Shown here in pieces: positions 44,212-54,442 of a stretch of 64,000 nt of DNA. The DNA is from an uncultured Terracidiphilus sp. (lineage in GTDB: Bacteria; Acidobacteriota; Terriglobia; Terriglobales; Acidobacteriaceae). Numbering within the stretch: position 1 is the first letter of the stretch; the number at the start of each line of letters is the position of its first letter. The notes under the pieces were generated by a model. The model was not told the origin of the DNA, searched no databases, and saw only the letters and a list, made by a program, of their open reading frames with translations. The DNA is taken from contig CAZGHZ010000002.1 of assembly GCA_964525655.1 (NCBI GenBank), positions 22,897 to 86,896 of the forward strand. Reading direction: 5' to 3'. The position numbers were made by a program, and so were the translations under genes.

Positions 44212-45153
44212 ATGATGAAGCGCCTGTGGAAGAGTCTGATCGTGCTTTCCATCGCGATGCTGTGTCTCTCGCTGGGCAGTTGCAGGGCAAGCCATGCGAG
44301 CGATGGACGGCCGGCAGTGTTGCACTTTGCATTTTCTCCGCAACAGGAGCAGTTAGAAGGGGGCGGGCTGCGCAAGGAGTTGATGCGCAAGTATCTTCAG
44401 GAACAACTGCACATGCCGGTCGATGTCGTAAAAGTAGAAGGATACGCCTCGACCATCGAGGCCATGCGCACGGAAAAGATAGATCTTGCAAACTTCGGTT
44501 CGCTTAGCTACACCATCGCGGCGCAGACTGCGGGCGCCGAGGCGATTACGGCCATGGGTAATCCCGACGGCACACTGGGTGGTTATCGGTCTGTGATCGC
44601 AGTGCCTAGAAACAGCCCGTATCACTCTCTTCAGGATTTGAAGGCTCATGCGAAGGATATTGTCTTTGCTTTTGGCGATCCTGCTTCGACCTCCGGCAAT
44701 CTCTATCCCCGCGTGGGCCTGCTGAACGCGGGCATCAATCCGGAGAAAGACTTTAAGAAGGTAATCTTCGCCGGCACGAGTCAACCTGCAACGGTCCTGA
44801 TGATTAAAGCAGGCAAAGTTGATGCGGGAGGGTTTATGCAAGCCGCAGCTAACCGGTTGCTCCTCACGCATAAGATTGATGCCTCCGACATCAATGTGAT
44901 TTGGACCTCGGATCCTATTCCTAACTCCTGCTATGCCGTTCGCAAGGGGCTTCCTGAACAACTGAAGAAGGATATTCAGGCGGCGTTGATTGCAATTCCC
45001 ACCAAAGATCCTGCGCTCTGGGCTAATCTTCTTAGCCTGCGGAGCACAATGTCGATCACTGGAACGCAATATGTCCCGGTCAAAGACTCGGACTATGACG
45101 GGCTCAGAAGATATTCGGGCCAGGTCAAGGACTTCAACTTTGTAGAAAAGTAG
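44212..45153 (+). CDS. phnD: Phosphonate/phosphite ABC transporter substrate-binding lipoprotein PhnD
   Basis: Lipobox LSLGSC; PhnD-like FGDPASTSGNLYP and position before phnC/phnE. Start set at ATG 44212; the track TTG at 44203 overlaps the phnL stop. Confidence 0.8.
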   Translation: MMKRLWKSLIVLSIAMLCLSLGSCRASHASDGRPAVLHFAFSPQQEQLEGGGLRKELMRKYLQEQLHMPVDVVKVEGYASTIEAMRTEKIDLANFGSLSYTIAAQTAGAEAITAMGNPDGTLGGYRSVIAVPRNSPYHSLQDLKAHAKDIVFAFGDPASTSGNLYPRVGLLNAGINPEKDFKKVIFAGTSQPATVLMIKAGKVDAGGFMQAAANRLLLTHKIDASDINVIWTSDPIPNSCYAVRKGLPEQLKKDIQAALIAIPTKDPALWANLLSLRSTMSITGTQYVPVKDSDYDGLRRYSGQVKDFNFVEK

Positions 45154-45159
45154 GCTTCC

Positions 45160-45999
45160 ATGCTTCATGTTTCTAACATTGTCGTAAAACTCCCGAGTGG
45201 CAAGCGGCTAGTCGACCGGGTAAGTTTCACGGTCGGTCGGGGCGAGTTCGTTGGAATTCTCGGATCGAGCGGAGCCGGCAAGTCTCTCACACTTCGGTGC
45301 ATTGTTGGACTCACAAAGCCTAACGAAGGCGAAATCACGCTCAACAGTCCATCCGGCAAGAGCTATCGCTCGACGAATGTTGGCCCGAAGGAATTGCGCA
45401 GGGCGCGTCGCCACATTGGACTTATCTTTCAAGGATCGAATCTGGTCAAGCGACTCACGGTCCTGGAGAATGTGATGCTCGGCCGCCTTGGGCACATCAG
45501 TCCTGTGCGCAGTTGGCTTCTTGGCTTCAAGGACTCCGAAGCGCGCGAAGCAATGGTGGCGCTGGACGGAGTCAAGATGGCCCCGTTTGCCGCGCGGCTG
45601 GCCGGTTCGCTCAGCGGCGGCGAAATGCAGCGCGTCTCTATCGCTCGAGCTATGCATCAGCGGCCCTTGATCTATCTTGCCGATGAGCCGATCTCCAGCC
45701 TCGACCCAAAGAATGCGGATGCGATCATGTCGATCCTACAGCCTCTCTCGCGAGAGACGCCGGTGATCGGCGCCTTTCATCAGCCGGCAGCCGTTGCCAG
45801 GTATTGCACACGCGCCATAGGCATACGCATGGGCAAGATCGTCTACGACGGCCCGGCGCAAATCTCGGCTCGTCAACTCGAATACATCTATGGCGGATCG
45901 GACGGAGAACCTGGCTCGCAGGCCTGGGAATCGGACTCGCAGCCGCCTTTCTTCGATTCCGGCATCGAGGCCGCGCTGCATCAAGGGGTGGCCGTCTAA
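45160..45999 (+). CDS. phnC: Phosphonate ABC transporter ATP-binding protein PhnC
   Basis: GSSGAGKS, IGLIFQGSNLVKRLTVLENV, LSGGEMQRVSIARA, LADEPISSLDP. Confidence 0.88.
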   Translation: MLHVSNIVVKLPSGKRLVDRVSFTVGRGEFVGILGSSGAGKSLTLRCIVGLTKPNEGEITLNSPSGKSYRSTNVGPKELRRARRHIGLIFQGSNLVKRLTVLENVMLGRLGHISPVRSWLLGFKDSEAREAMVALDGVKMAPFAARLAGSLSGGEMQRVSIARAMHQRPLIYLADEPISSLDPKNADAIMSILQPLSRETPVIGAFHQPAAVARYCTRAIGIRMGKIVYDGPAQISARQLEYIYGGSDGEPGSQAWESDSQPPFFDSGIEAALHQGVAV

Positions 46000-46839
46000 A
46001 TGGGTCTATCGAATTCACAGTCGTCCCGGCAAGAGCCTCCGTTCCTGGAATGGAAGCAAAGCATCACCGGCCGGCGCAGGAAGCTGGCTACCGTTGTCGT
46101 TGTTCTGGCTCTTTTGGTCGCTTTCACGTCATGGCGTTGCGATGTCAGTCTTGGGTCGCTGATTACGGGATACGAGCGAATCGTTCCGCTGCTGGGAATG
46201 TTCTTTCCCCCGGATTGGTCAGGACTGGTTGGCATGCTGCAGCCGCTCGCGGTCACCGTCGTGCTGGCGATGGCGGCCACAATCATGGGTATGTGCCTGT
46301 CTTTGCCTTGCGCGCTTGCTGCGTCCTCAAACCTCGCGCCCGGACCGATGCGCTTGGCCATGCGTGCATTCATCGCGCTGGAGCGGGGCTTGCCGGAGAT
46401 TGTCCAACTGCTTCTGCTCATCGCCATATTCGGATTGGGCGTCGTACCCGGTCTCATTGCGCTCTCCATCAGCAGCATTGGGATGCTGGCCAAACTGCTT
46501 GCCGACGCAATTGAAGAGATTGAACCGCAGATGCTCGAGGCCGTGGCTGGAACAGGCGCCACGCGGTCACAGGTCATTCGCTATGCGGTCGTTCCGCAGA
46601 TTCTTCCAGCATTGTTTGCCAATGGCCTGTTTCAGTTTGAATTCAACGTTCGTACAAGTATCATCCTTGGCGCGATCGGCGCAGGCGGAATCGGGTATGT
46701 GATGAGAACCTCCATGATGTCCATGGACTATCGAACCTCCTGCATGGCCACTCTGCTCACGCTCGCCCTGGTCTTCTCGACGGAACGAGTATCGGACTTC
46801 CTTCGAGCGCGCATCCTAAGCGGAGGGTTGCTGCGATGA
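46000..46839 (+). CDS. phnE: Phosphonate ABC transporter permease PhnE (1 of 2)
   Basis: Polytopic permease with the PhnE-type motif EAVAGTGATRSQVIRYAVVPQILP. Its start abuts the phnC stop. Confidence 0.85.
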   Translation: MGLSNSQSSRQEPPFLEWKQSITGRRRKLATVVVVLALLVAFTSWRCDVSLGSLITGYERIVPLLGMFFPPDWSGLVGMLQPLAVTVVLAMAATIMGMCLSLPCALAASSNLAPGPMRLAMRAFIALERGLPEIVQLLLLIAIFGLGVVPGLIALSISSIGMLAKLLADAIEEIEPQMLEAVAGTGATRSQVIRYAVVPQILPALFANGLFQFEFNVRTSIILGAIGAGGIGYVMRTSMMSMDYRTSCMATLLTLALVFSTERVSDFLRARILSGGLLR

Positions 46840-47660
46840 GCATCGATGTCCCAGCCGGCGCTCTGCCGTCGCGCAAATTCCGCCTCACGATCGTCTACAT
46901 TGTGTCAGTGTTTGCCACATTGTTCTTTCTGTTCTGGTTTCTGGATCTAAGCCCGGATAGCATCTTCGTTGACTTCCGCTTTATTCCGGATCTCGCGCAC
47001 CAGATGTTTCCCCCCAACATCGCTCTTCTCTGGACCAAGAGCGCGATGTTGACCTCATTGATCGAGACGCTGTCGATGGCCTTCCTGGCCACCGTCTGCG
47101 GTGGCGGCATGGCTCTGCTCCTTGCATTTCTCGCCGCAACCAATACCACGCCGCATCAGCTCATTAGGGTCGCCGTACGCGCCTTACTGGCCATGGAGCG
47201 CTCGGTACCGCAATTGGTTGTCATTCTTGTGTTGTTGATTGCCGTCGGCATTGGACCCTTCGCAGGAGTGTTGGCTCTGACGATCGGTTCAATGGGAATG
47301 TACGGCAAGTTTTTCGCCGACGCTATCGAACAGGCCGACAGAGCGATTCTTGAATCCGTGCAGAGCGTGGGAAGCACCCGCATGCAGACGATTCGCTATG
47401 CGGTGCTGCCGCAGGTGATGCCGTCATTTGTTGCAAATCTGTTTTATGCCTTCGACTACAATCTGCGCTTGGCCGTTCCCCTGGGTATCTTCGGCGGTGG
47501 CGGCATCGGCTTTGAACTTGAATTTGCTCGCGGCCTGCTTCACTACAAGGATGTGATGGCGTACACCATTCTGATCGTAGTGATGATTACCGCCATGGAA
47601 CGTATCTCCGACTGGGTGCGCCGCAGCATCATCACGCAACCGCAACTGGTCACTAAGTGA
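46836..47660 (+). CDS. phnE: Phosphonate ABC transporter permease PhnE (2 of 2)
   Basis: ESVQSVGSTRMQTIRYAVLPQVMP motif. ATGA overlap with the first phnE. Confidence 0.85.
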   Translation: MSIDVPAGALPSRKFRLTIVYIVSVFATLFFLFWFLDLSPDSIFVDFRFIPDLAHQMFPPNIALLWTKSAMLTSLIETLSMAFLATVCGGGMALLLAFLAATNTTPHQLIRVAVRALLAMERSVPQLVVILVLLIAVGIGPFAGVLALTIGSMGMYGKFFADAIEQADRAILESVQSVGSTRMQTIRYAVLPQVMPSFVANLFYAFDYNLRLAVPLGIFGGGGIGFELEFARGLLHYKDVMAYTILIVVMITAMERISDWVRRSIITQPQLVTK

Positions 47661-47694
47661 CGCAATTGAAACAAGGGAGCCTCTGAAAAAAGCC

Positions 47695-48903
47695 ATGACG
47701 GAGACCATACTGACCAATGCCCATATTGTTTGCCCCGACAGGGAATTCGATGGTTCGCTCGTGCTCGAAGACGGAATCATTGCCGAAATCCTGTCGTGTC
47801 ATCTTGCCAGTGGAATCGATCTGCATGGCGCCGTCCTGATCCCCGGCGTCATCGATATCCACACCGATTATCTCGAGCGCGAGATCAGCCCGCGGCCGAC
47901 GGCCAAGATCCCGCTTGAGCTGGCGTTGCATGTGATGGATCTGCGCGCTCTCAGTTGCGGCCTGACGACCGTGAGCACCGCGGCCCGCATTTCTGAGGAG
48001 CGCGAAGGCCATCCAGGCTCCTGGCGTGGAGACGGACTGGCGTTGGCGAAGAGATTTCAAGAGCTGATTCCGGAACTGCGCGCGCACCATCTGATCCATG
48101 TTCGCTGGAACACGAGCTTTACGCCGGACGAATCGGTTCTCGATCAGTTGCTGGAACTTAAGAGCATCGCCAATCTGGTCTTCAACGACGATATGCCCGG
48201 CCAGCGCCAGTTCCGTGACATTGAGGCGCTGCTCCAACAGCAAGCCACCCGCCAGAACATCTCCATCGAAGAGGCGCGGGCGCGGATGCAGGAGCGCATC
48301 GAACGGGCCAGCAAGATTAACAACCGGATGATGGTCAAGGCTCGCGTGGCCGGCAGGATTCCCCTAGGCAGCCACGACGACACCACAGTCGAGCACGTCA
48401 TCGAAGCATACGAGTCCGGAGCCAGCCTGTGCGAGATGCCGTGCTCGATCGAAGCCGCGCGGAAGGCAAAGGAACTGGGCATGATGGTCTGCATGGGCGC
48501 GCCGAACTACTACCGCGGCGGTTCCCACTGCGGCAATCTCTCCTGCCACGATGCGATGGCGGAAAACCTGGTCGACATCATCTGCAGCGACTATCATTTT
48601 CCGTCGATGCTAGCCTGCGCCCTTCGTATGGCCAAGGAAGGCATGACGCTCTCCGAGGCGATCAAATTGTTTACCCTGAATCCGGCGCGGCATCTAGGGA
48701 TGGCGGAGAGAACCGGCAGCATTGAAGTTGGCAAGCAGGCCGACCTCGTGGCTTTCCATCCGCACAACGGTTACGGAGATGTCGCTCGTGTCTGGGTTGA
48801 CGGCAAGGAACGCTACTCATCCCTCATGGACAGAGAAAACCGGAGACAGCCGGCACTTGAAGATTGCGATCAACTGGAGGAGGATGCTGTTTCAGCCAAT
48901 TGA
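47695..48903 (+). CDS. phnM: PhnM-family amidohydrolase, paralogue 3 (operon-terminal)
   Basis: LIPGVIDIHTDYLE, DDMPGQRQF, LGSHDDTTVEH, GAPNYYRGGSHCGN, CSDYHFPSML, GKQADLV. More divergent than paralogues 1 and 2. Confidence 0.8.
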   Translation: MTETILTNAHIVCPDREFDGSLVLEDGIIAEILSCHLASGIDLHGAVLIPGVIDIHTDYLEREISPRPTAKIPLELALHVMDLRALSCGLTTVSTAARISEEREGHPGSWRGDGLALAKRFQELIPELRAHHLIHVRWNTSFTPDESVLDQLLELKSIANLVFNDDMPGQRQFRDIEALLQQQATRQNISIEEARARMQERIERASKINNRMMVKARVAGRIPLGSHDDTTVEHVIEAYESGASLCEMPCSIEAARKAKELGMMVCMGAPNYYRGGSHCGNLSCHDAMAENLVDIICSDYHFPSMLACALRMAKEGMTLSEAIKLFTLNPARHLGMAERTGSIEVGKQADLVAFHPHNGYGDVARVWVDGKERYSSLMDRENRRQPALEDCDQLEEDAVSAN

Positions 48904-48955
48904 TTGCGATCGACGCTGCTCTCGATCCGGGTGCACAAACAGTAATGCTCGCAAT

Positions 48956-51769
48956 CTATCTTCCCGCTTCCGCTGCCAGCTTAAGTGCCCTCGTCATTGC
49001 TTCGGTGCGGCTTTGCTTCAATGCAGCCATATTCATGCCTCCTGGCAGCCATCTCTCTGGAGAATAGCGCCGCAGGTGGTCCTCCAGTTGACTGTCAAAC
49101 GCTGCGCCGATCTGAGCTATAGCAGACTGCGCTTTGGGCAGCGCCTGGTGGAAGTGGGTCATCTCTGCCTGCGCCGTTTCCGGGTGGTAGCTTAGCCGGT
49201 CTCCAGCTTGCATAACATCGACCAAGGCGTCAGGCGCGTCGGAGACGGGTGAGGTCTGGCGCATGGCATCATAAACGTCGCGCAGCCGGGTCATGGAACC
49301 GGCAAATCCATCCAACTCGTCTCGCCGCGCGGCCAGCCCAGGGGCGCGCCGCACTTCCACTGTCACCTTGGAGGCAACGCTGCGGCTGGAGATGGGAATC
49401 ACGGTGGTCAGCGTATTGCCCTCAAAGCGCCAGCCGTTTTTCCCGGTGATGCTCGCTTGTCGCAGCAGAGCGCCATTCACAGTGACGCGCTCTGGCGGCC
49501 AATCGGCCGGCAGCCGCAGTTCCAATGCGCGCTCGGCTGGCATTCCGGGGTAACTTCCCTCGACCGGCTCGATCTCCACTCGCAGTGTGTTGCCGCTCTG
49601 CGTCGCTTTGATCGGCGTACGGGCAAAGACGCCCCGTTGATACTCGACACCCACACCGGAATCTTCATAGAGCGAATAGCTCGACGTTGTGCCCGGAATC
49701 AGCGGCCAAATGTTGACGATCAGCGGATCGACAGGCTTTTCGCCGGTCGAGAGCATGGGCGGCTGCATGGGAACGATGGCGCCAGGACGCACGTAGACGG
49801 GGATCTGCTCAATGGAGAAACTACGCCCCACAGTGACGCCGCCGCTGAGATGCTTGCCGGTGGGCCATTCTATCCACTCGCCAGGTGGCAGCCAGACTTG
49901 CTCCGTGGCCAGTCCTGAAGCCTTGTCGGCGGGTGTGGTCACGGGCGCGACCAGCATCTGATCGCCAAACATATACCCGTTTCTGCTCTGGTAAGCCCGA
50001 TCTTCCTCGGGCCAGTCGTAGTAGAGCGGATGCAGGAAGGCTACGCCCGTGTCGTAGGTCTTGCGCGCCTCGGTATACAAATACGGCTCGAGCGCATAGC
50101 GGAGTTGATAGGCGGAGCGCAGAGCAGAGGAATAGGGCTCGGGATAAGCCCAGGGGCGGCGTTCGCTGTCCGGATTCTTGGTGGTGTGGGTACGCAGAAC
50201 CGGGCTGAAGACGCCAAACTGCACCCAACGCGTGTAAAGCTCCGGTTCGACTGAGCCGGGCAGGTGGCCGCCGATGTCGTGGCTCCAATAGGCATAGCCC
50301 ACATTGGCTGCTGTTGCTGTGAACCACGGCTGGAATGCCAGTGAATCCCAGACCGAGATCGCATCGCCTGAGAAGCCGATCTGATAGCGGTGATTCCCAA
50401 GCCCGCCCCAGCGGTGAAAGAGCAAAGGACGCTTGCCTTCGCGCTGCTGATCGGTGAAGTGCACGTAGTTCAGCCACCACGTAGGGTTGACGCCGGCCAG
50501 TTTAGTATCCGCTTGCTGTTGCCAGTCGAGCCACCAGAAATCGATACCCTGCTCTTCCAGCGGATGGTGCAGCAGGTTCATATAGTTTGTGGCGAACTTC
50601 TTGTCCGTGATGTCAAAGGGCACGTATTTGCGGGTCGCCGGATCGATGCCCATGGCCCGCGCCATCGCTGGATAAGCCGTCTCCCAAGGCTGCACACCGG
50701 AGGCCGGATGCAAATTGAGCGCCGTCTTCAGTCCCTCGGCATGAACCTTGGCCAGGAACCGATCGGGATCGGGAAATAGCAGCTTGTTCCAGCTATAGCC
50801 GCTCCACCCCAGCGACTCGCCGGACTGGTCCACCTCGCCGGCGGCCTCAAGCTGATCGTGGCTCGTGTGCCAGTCCATGTCGATGACTAAGACATCCAGG
50901 GGAGTGTCATTTTCACGGAAGCCGCGAACCAGTTCATCGAGATCCTGGTCGGTATAGGCCCAGTAGCGAGACCACCACGCTCCGAAGGCAAAGCGAGGCG
51001 GCAGCGGGATGCGGCCAGCCACACGCACAAAGTCGCCCAGCGTCTTGCGGTAATCGTGCCCGTAGCCGAAGAAGTACCAGTCCTGGCGCTGGCCCTCGGG
51101 ACGCTCCATCACCCACGGCCAGGGGCTGCGATCCCTATCGCGAAAGGTGAAGTCGGCCGAGTCGAAGAGTGGACGTGCGGAGTCGTCCACCACTGCCCAA
51201 CCGGATCGGGAGACCAGCCCTTGCCCCAGCGGTTCCATTGTCTTGTCGCCCAGCGCTGTGTCCAGGGTGCGAGTGGTGCCTTGCAGGTTGCCGGGGTCGG
51301 CCATGCCTGGATGCCAGACCACCGGCTTGCCATCTACCGTGAGCTCAATGGACAGGTTGTTAGCAGTGAATCGCCCGTCACCCGTGGGCACATAGGTAAG
51401 CGTGAGCGCCTCTCTGAGCGGAGATTGCAGGTAGGTATCGATGACAACGCCACCGCCGCTCACGGACCGGTTGACCTCGAACTTCGGCGCCGGCATCCGC
51501 CGATTCACGAATACAAACGAAGCATGATCCTCAAACTTGCCGTCGGCCGCCCACTCCATGCGGATCAACTGGGGAGTGAGGATGGTGAATCGCGCGGAAC
51601 CCAGCGTCACAACGGCTCTGGAATCGGCCACTGGATTGTAGAAACCCTCTACGCTTTTTCCCTGGATGGGCGCGGCGCTCGGAGTGGCTGGCTGGGCCAG
51701 CAACACTCCGCCAAGCGAGATTGCGACTGCAATTGCGGCAAGATGTCCAGGGAAGGTTCGCATTCGCAT
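48956..51769 (-). CDS. Glycoside hydrolase family 31-like enzyme, secreted
   Basis: VIDMDWH, GIDFWWLDWQQ and HRYQIGFSGD (GH31-like catalytic-region motifs); signal peptide after MRMRTFPG. Start trimmed to ATG 51769. The family call comes from motif memory only. Confidence 0.65.
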   Translation of the reverse strand: MRMRTFPGHLAAIAVAISLGGVLLAQPATPSAAPIQGKSVEGFYNPVADSRAVVTLGSARFTILTPQLIRMEWAADGKFEDHASFVFVNRRMPAPKFEVNRSVSGGGVVIDTYLQSPLREALTLTYVPTGDGRFTANNLSIELTVDGKPVVWHPGMADPGNLQGTTRTLDTALGDKTMEPLGQGLVSRSGWAVVDDSARPLFDSADFTFRDRDRSPWPWVMERPEGQRQDWYFFGYGHDYRKTLGDFVRVAGRIPLPPRFAFGAWWSRYWAYTDQDLDELVRGFRENDTPLDVLVIDMDWHTSHDQLEAAGEVDQSGESLGWSGYSWNKLLFPDPDRFLAKVHAEGLKTALNLHPASGVQPWETAYPAMARAMGIDPATRKYVPFDITDKKFATNYMNLLHHPLEEQGIDFWWLDWQQQADTKLAGVNPTWWLNYVHFTDQQREGKRPLLFHRWGGLGNHRYQIGFSGDAISVWDSLAFQPWFTATAANVGYAYWSHDIGGHLPGSVEPELYTRWVQFGVFSPVLRTHTTKNPDSERRPWAYPEPYSSALRSAYQLRYALEPYLYTEARKTYDTGVAFLHPLYYDWPEEDRAYQSRNGYMFGDQMLVAPVTTPADKASGLATEQVWLPPGEWIEWPTGKHLSGGVTVGRSFSIEQIPVYVRPGAIVPMQPPMLSTGEKPVDPLIVNIWPLIPGTTSSYSLYEDSGVGVEYQRGVFARTPIKATQSGNTLRVEIEPVEGSYPGMPAERALELRLPADWPPERVTVNGALLRQASITGKNGWRFEGNTLTTVIPISSRSVASKVTVEVRRAPGLAARRDELDGFAGSMTRLRDVYDAMRQTSPVSDAPDALVDVMQAGDRLSYHPETAQAEMTHFHQALPKAQSAIAQIGAAFDSQLEDHLRRYSPERWLPGGMNMAALKQSRTEAMTRALKLAAEAGR

Positions 51770-51990
51770 TTCCAGTCTGACCGTCACCGAAAGCCTACCA
51801 CCGGAAGCTTGAATCCTGCCTGGGCCGCGCAAACTCACCGGATGGTAGAGAACATTCTATGCTCCCTCAGGAATCTTCGATCTGCAACTGCAGTATTAAG
51901 GGACCTGATCTGAGGTTCCCTGAAATGCTCGATTCGCTTGTGTTTCGAAACGGGGTTTTTTCCGGCAGGGTGCGCCCTTGATTGCTTTGC

Positions 51991-52026
51991 CTGCTCTGCC
52001 GTTTCCCAAAGGAAACGGCAGAGCAG
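51991..52026 (-). terminator. Strong stem-loop downstream of the S46 peptidase gene
   Basis: Perfect 16-bp stem ctgctctgccgtttcc / ggaaacggcagagcag with loop caaa, 39 nt after the stop at 52065. No clear U-tract on the minus strand. Confidence 0.5.
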
Positions 52027-52064
52027 CGGACCCCCTTGCTGTTTGATTAAGATCCCGCAAAGAG

Positions 52065-54155
52065 TTATTTCTTGCCCTCCAATTCATCGGCGAGGGTGCC
52101 GGCGCCATAGAGTTTGCGCAGAGCTTCGATCATTCCCGAAGTGTGCACCGCGACCGCACGGTTCTTGCTGCCGTCGTAGATAAAATCGCCGGCCAGCGAC
52201 TCAATATTGCCGTCGAAGATCAGGCCCACCAGTTCTCCGTCGCGGTTGACAACCGGCGAGCCGGAGTTGCCGCCGATGATATCTGCTGTCGAAACGAAGT
52301 CGAGCGGAGTTGAAAGGTCCAGCTTGTCGCGCCCGGCCTGTTCTTTGGGCGTGAGGTCGAAGGGCGGCTTGTTGCCGAAGCTGGCCGCGCGGTCATAGAG
52401 CCCATAGAAGGTGGTGAAGGGAGGCGCAATGGTGCCGTTATAGGGGTAGCCGCCAACCGTTCCGTAGCTCAGCCGCAGAGTGAAGGTGGCATCGGGATAG
52501 GCGTCTTTGCCATAGACCAGAAAGCGTGCCCTGCCCAGTTTCTCGCCCGCAGCAGTCAGTACACTGCTGATTTCATCGTGCCGCCAACGGCGATCTTCGC
52601 GAACCAGCGGGTCGGTGCGGAGGGCCGCGACGATCATCGGATCGGTCGAGGACGAGACAGCTGCCTCGCCGCCGTCGAGGAGGGCCTTGCGCACCGCAAC
52701 ATCGGCAAGCTTGGTGCCATCGATGGCGGAGTTGACGAAGGTGTTCACATCGCTGCCTTGAAGCAGTTTGACTAGGTACTCATCGTTTTTGCCCAGCTTC
52801 TCCGCGGCCAGGCTGAGCGCCGTGGTCATATTGAGTTTTTCAACGGAAGAATAGATGGGAGCGGGCGAGAAGAGCTGGAATCTAAGCGATTCGAGCTGAG
52901 CGTCGTGGTAGCCGTCAAGCCGCTCGCCGTCTGGCTTTTTCACTTCGGTGACGTATTGCACGATCTGGCGCGCGATGGTGAACAGGCGGCTATCGGTGCG
53001 CCGGAAGATCATGGCCTTTTGCCGCGCAGCGGCCTTCTTGAGTACGGCGTCAATCGTCTCCCAGGCATCGCCATAGGACTTTTGCCACTCCGGATTGGCT
53101 GCGACGCGAGCACGAAAGTCGTTTTCTTCGGCCTGCTTCTTGGCCATAATCCCCTTGTCGTTCAGGGCTTCATTGCGGCCTTCGTACACCTTGAGCGAAT
53201 TCTGCAAACTCAAGATCGCTGTGCCGACCAGGCGAGCTTGCTCCGGGCCCCGAGCGGCAAAAGCCTGTGCGGCCGCGATTCGACGCTGCAAGTATTCGGT
53301 CATGGCCGGTCCATTCAGCTCGCGTTCCATGAGCAGTTCCGAGACCGTGTCGTCGCGCTGCGTTGAGCCTGGATGGCCCGGGACGAAGATTAGCGCGCCC
53401 GGAGCGGCGCCCTTGGAGTTCCACTTCAGATAGTTTTCGGTGTGCAGCGGCTTGCCGTTGTCGTAGATGCGGAAGAGAGCCATGTCGAGGTCGTAGCGCG
53501 GATAAGTGAAGTTGTCCGGGTCGCCGCCAAAAAAGGCCGCCTGCTGCTCGGGCGCGAAGACGAGCCGCACGTCTGTGTACGCCTTGTACTGGTAGAGCCA
53601 ATACTCGCCGCCCTGGTAGAACGAGACGACATCGGAGCGCAGGCCGCTCTTGTCCTTGCTCTCCTTCTCAATGGCCGCGATCTCGGCATCGCGGGCCCGT
53701 AGCGCCTTAGTGTCGTCGGTTTGCCCCAAGGCCGCGCCCTGGATGCGGGCGGTCACATCCTGCAGGGCAACGAGCACATCCACTTCGAGGTCGGGGGACT
53801 TCATCTCTGCATCCGGCGTTGCCGCATAGAAGCCGTCGCGTACATAATCGTGCTCGGCGGTCGAGTTCTTCTGCAACTGACCGCGGGCCATGTGGTCATT
53901 GGTTAGCAACAGGCCGTCAGGACTGACAAACGAGCCGGATCCGCCGTCGTTGAGCCGCACGCTAGATAAGCGAAGATGATCCAGCCAGCCCTGCGTTGGA
54001 TGGAAGTCATACTTGGCCGCCAATTGCTTCAGAGGCAGGTTGTCAAAGGTCCACATGCCTTCTTCGGCGTGAATCGTGGGCGCGGCTGCCAGCAGCAGTG
54101 CTGCCGGCAGCAGGACGAGAGAGCGGAGATCTCGAACGAGCATCAGTGGCCTCAT
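52065..54155 (-). CDS. S46-family dipeptidyl-peptidase (DPP7/DPP11-like serine protease)
   Basis: Signal peptide followed by EEGMWTFDNLP. Catalytic Ser region GGNSGSPVVNRDGELVGLIFDGN; 696 aa. Confidence 0.85.
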   Translation of the reverse strand: MRPLMLVRDLRSLVLLPAALLLAAAPTIHAEEGMWTFDNLPLKQLAAKYDFHPTQGWLDHLRLSSVRLNDGGSGSFVSPDGLLLTNDHMARGQLQKNSTAEHDYVRDGFYAATPDAEMKSPDLEVDVLVALQDVTARIQGAALGQTDDTKALRARDAEIAAIEKESKDKSGLRSDVVSFYQGGEYWLYQYKAYTDVRLVFAPEQQAAFFGGDPDNFTYPRYDLDMALFRIYDNGKPLHTENYLKWNSKGAAPGALIFVPGHPGSTQRDDTVSELLMERELNGPAMTEYLQRRIAAAQAFAARGPEQARLVGTAILSLQNSLKVYEGRNEALNDKGIMAKKQAEENDFRARVAANPEWQKSYGDAWETIDAVLKKAAARQKAMIFRRTDSRLFTIARQIVQYVTEVKKPDGERLDGYHDAQLESLRFQLFSPAPIYSSVEKLNMTTALSLAAEKLGKNDEYLVKLLQGSDVNTFVNSAIDGTKLADVAVRKALLDGGEAAVSSSTDPMIVAALRTDPLVREDRRWRHDEISSVLTAAGEKLGRARFLVYGKDAYPDATFTLRLSYGTVGGYPYNGTIAPPFTTFYGLYDRAASFGNKPPFDLTPKEQAGRDKLDLSTPLDFVSTADIIGGNSGSPVVNRDGELVGLIFDGNIESLAGDFIYDGSKNRAVAVHTSGMIEALRKLYGAGTLADELEGKK

Positions 54156-54442
54156 CAGTTAGACGCTGGGCGAGAGATAGGTGCGATGCAAGAGCAAAAC
54201 CGGCCCGAGCGTCGGCTGGGCACCGGCACGGCTTGCACATCTTCGGCTTGAATCTCCTGAACAACCAGAGTAATCCAGCAGGGTGGGGGCGTGGTGGTGG
54301 TCAGGCAATCGCATCCTTAGGAAAGAAACTTGGCAAGCTGTTTGCCGCACTCGGATGGATTGCCAGCGTCCGGCAACCTGCGCAACCGAGACGGCCCGCG
54401 AAGATCCAACGGAATTGCCGGCCATCTCACTATACTGAATTC

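Noticed and set aside
53996-54442. Long N-terminal extension of the rnhB ORF, overlapping the S46 peptidase start region.
   Set aside because: RNase HII is about 200 aa. The internal ATG at 54443 gives a canonical N-terminus just before the DEVGRG motif.
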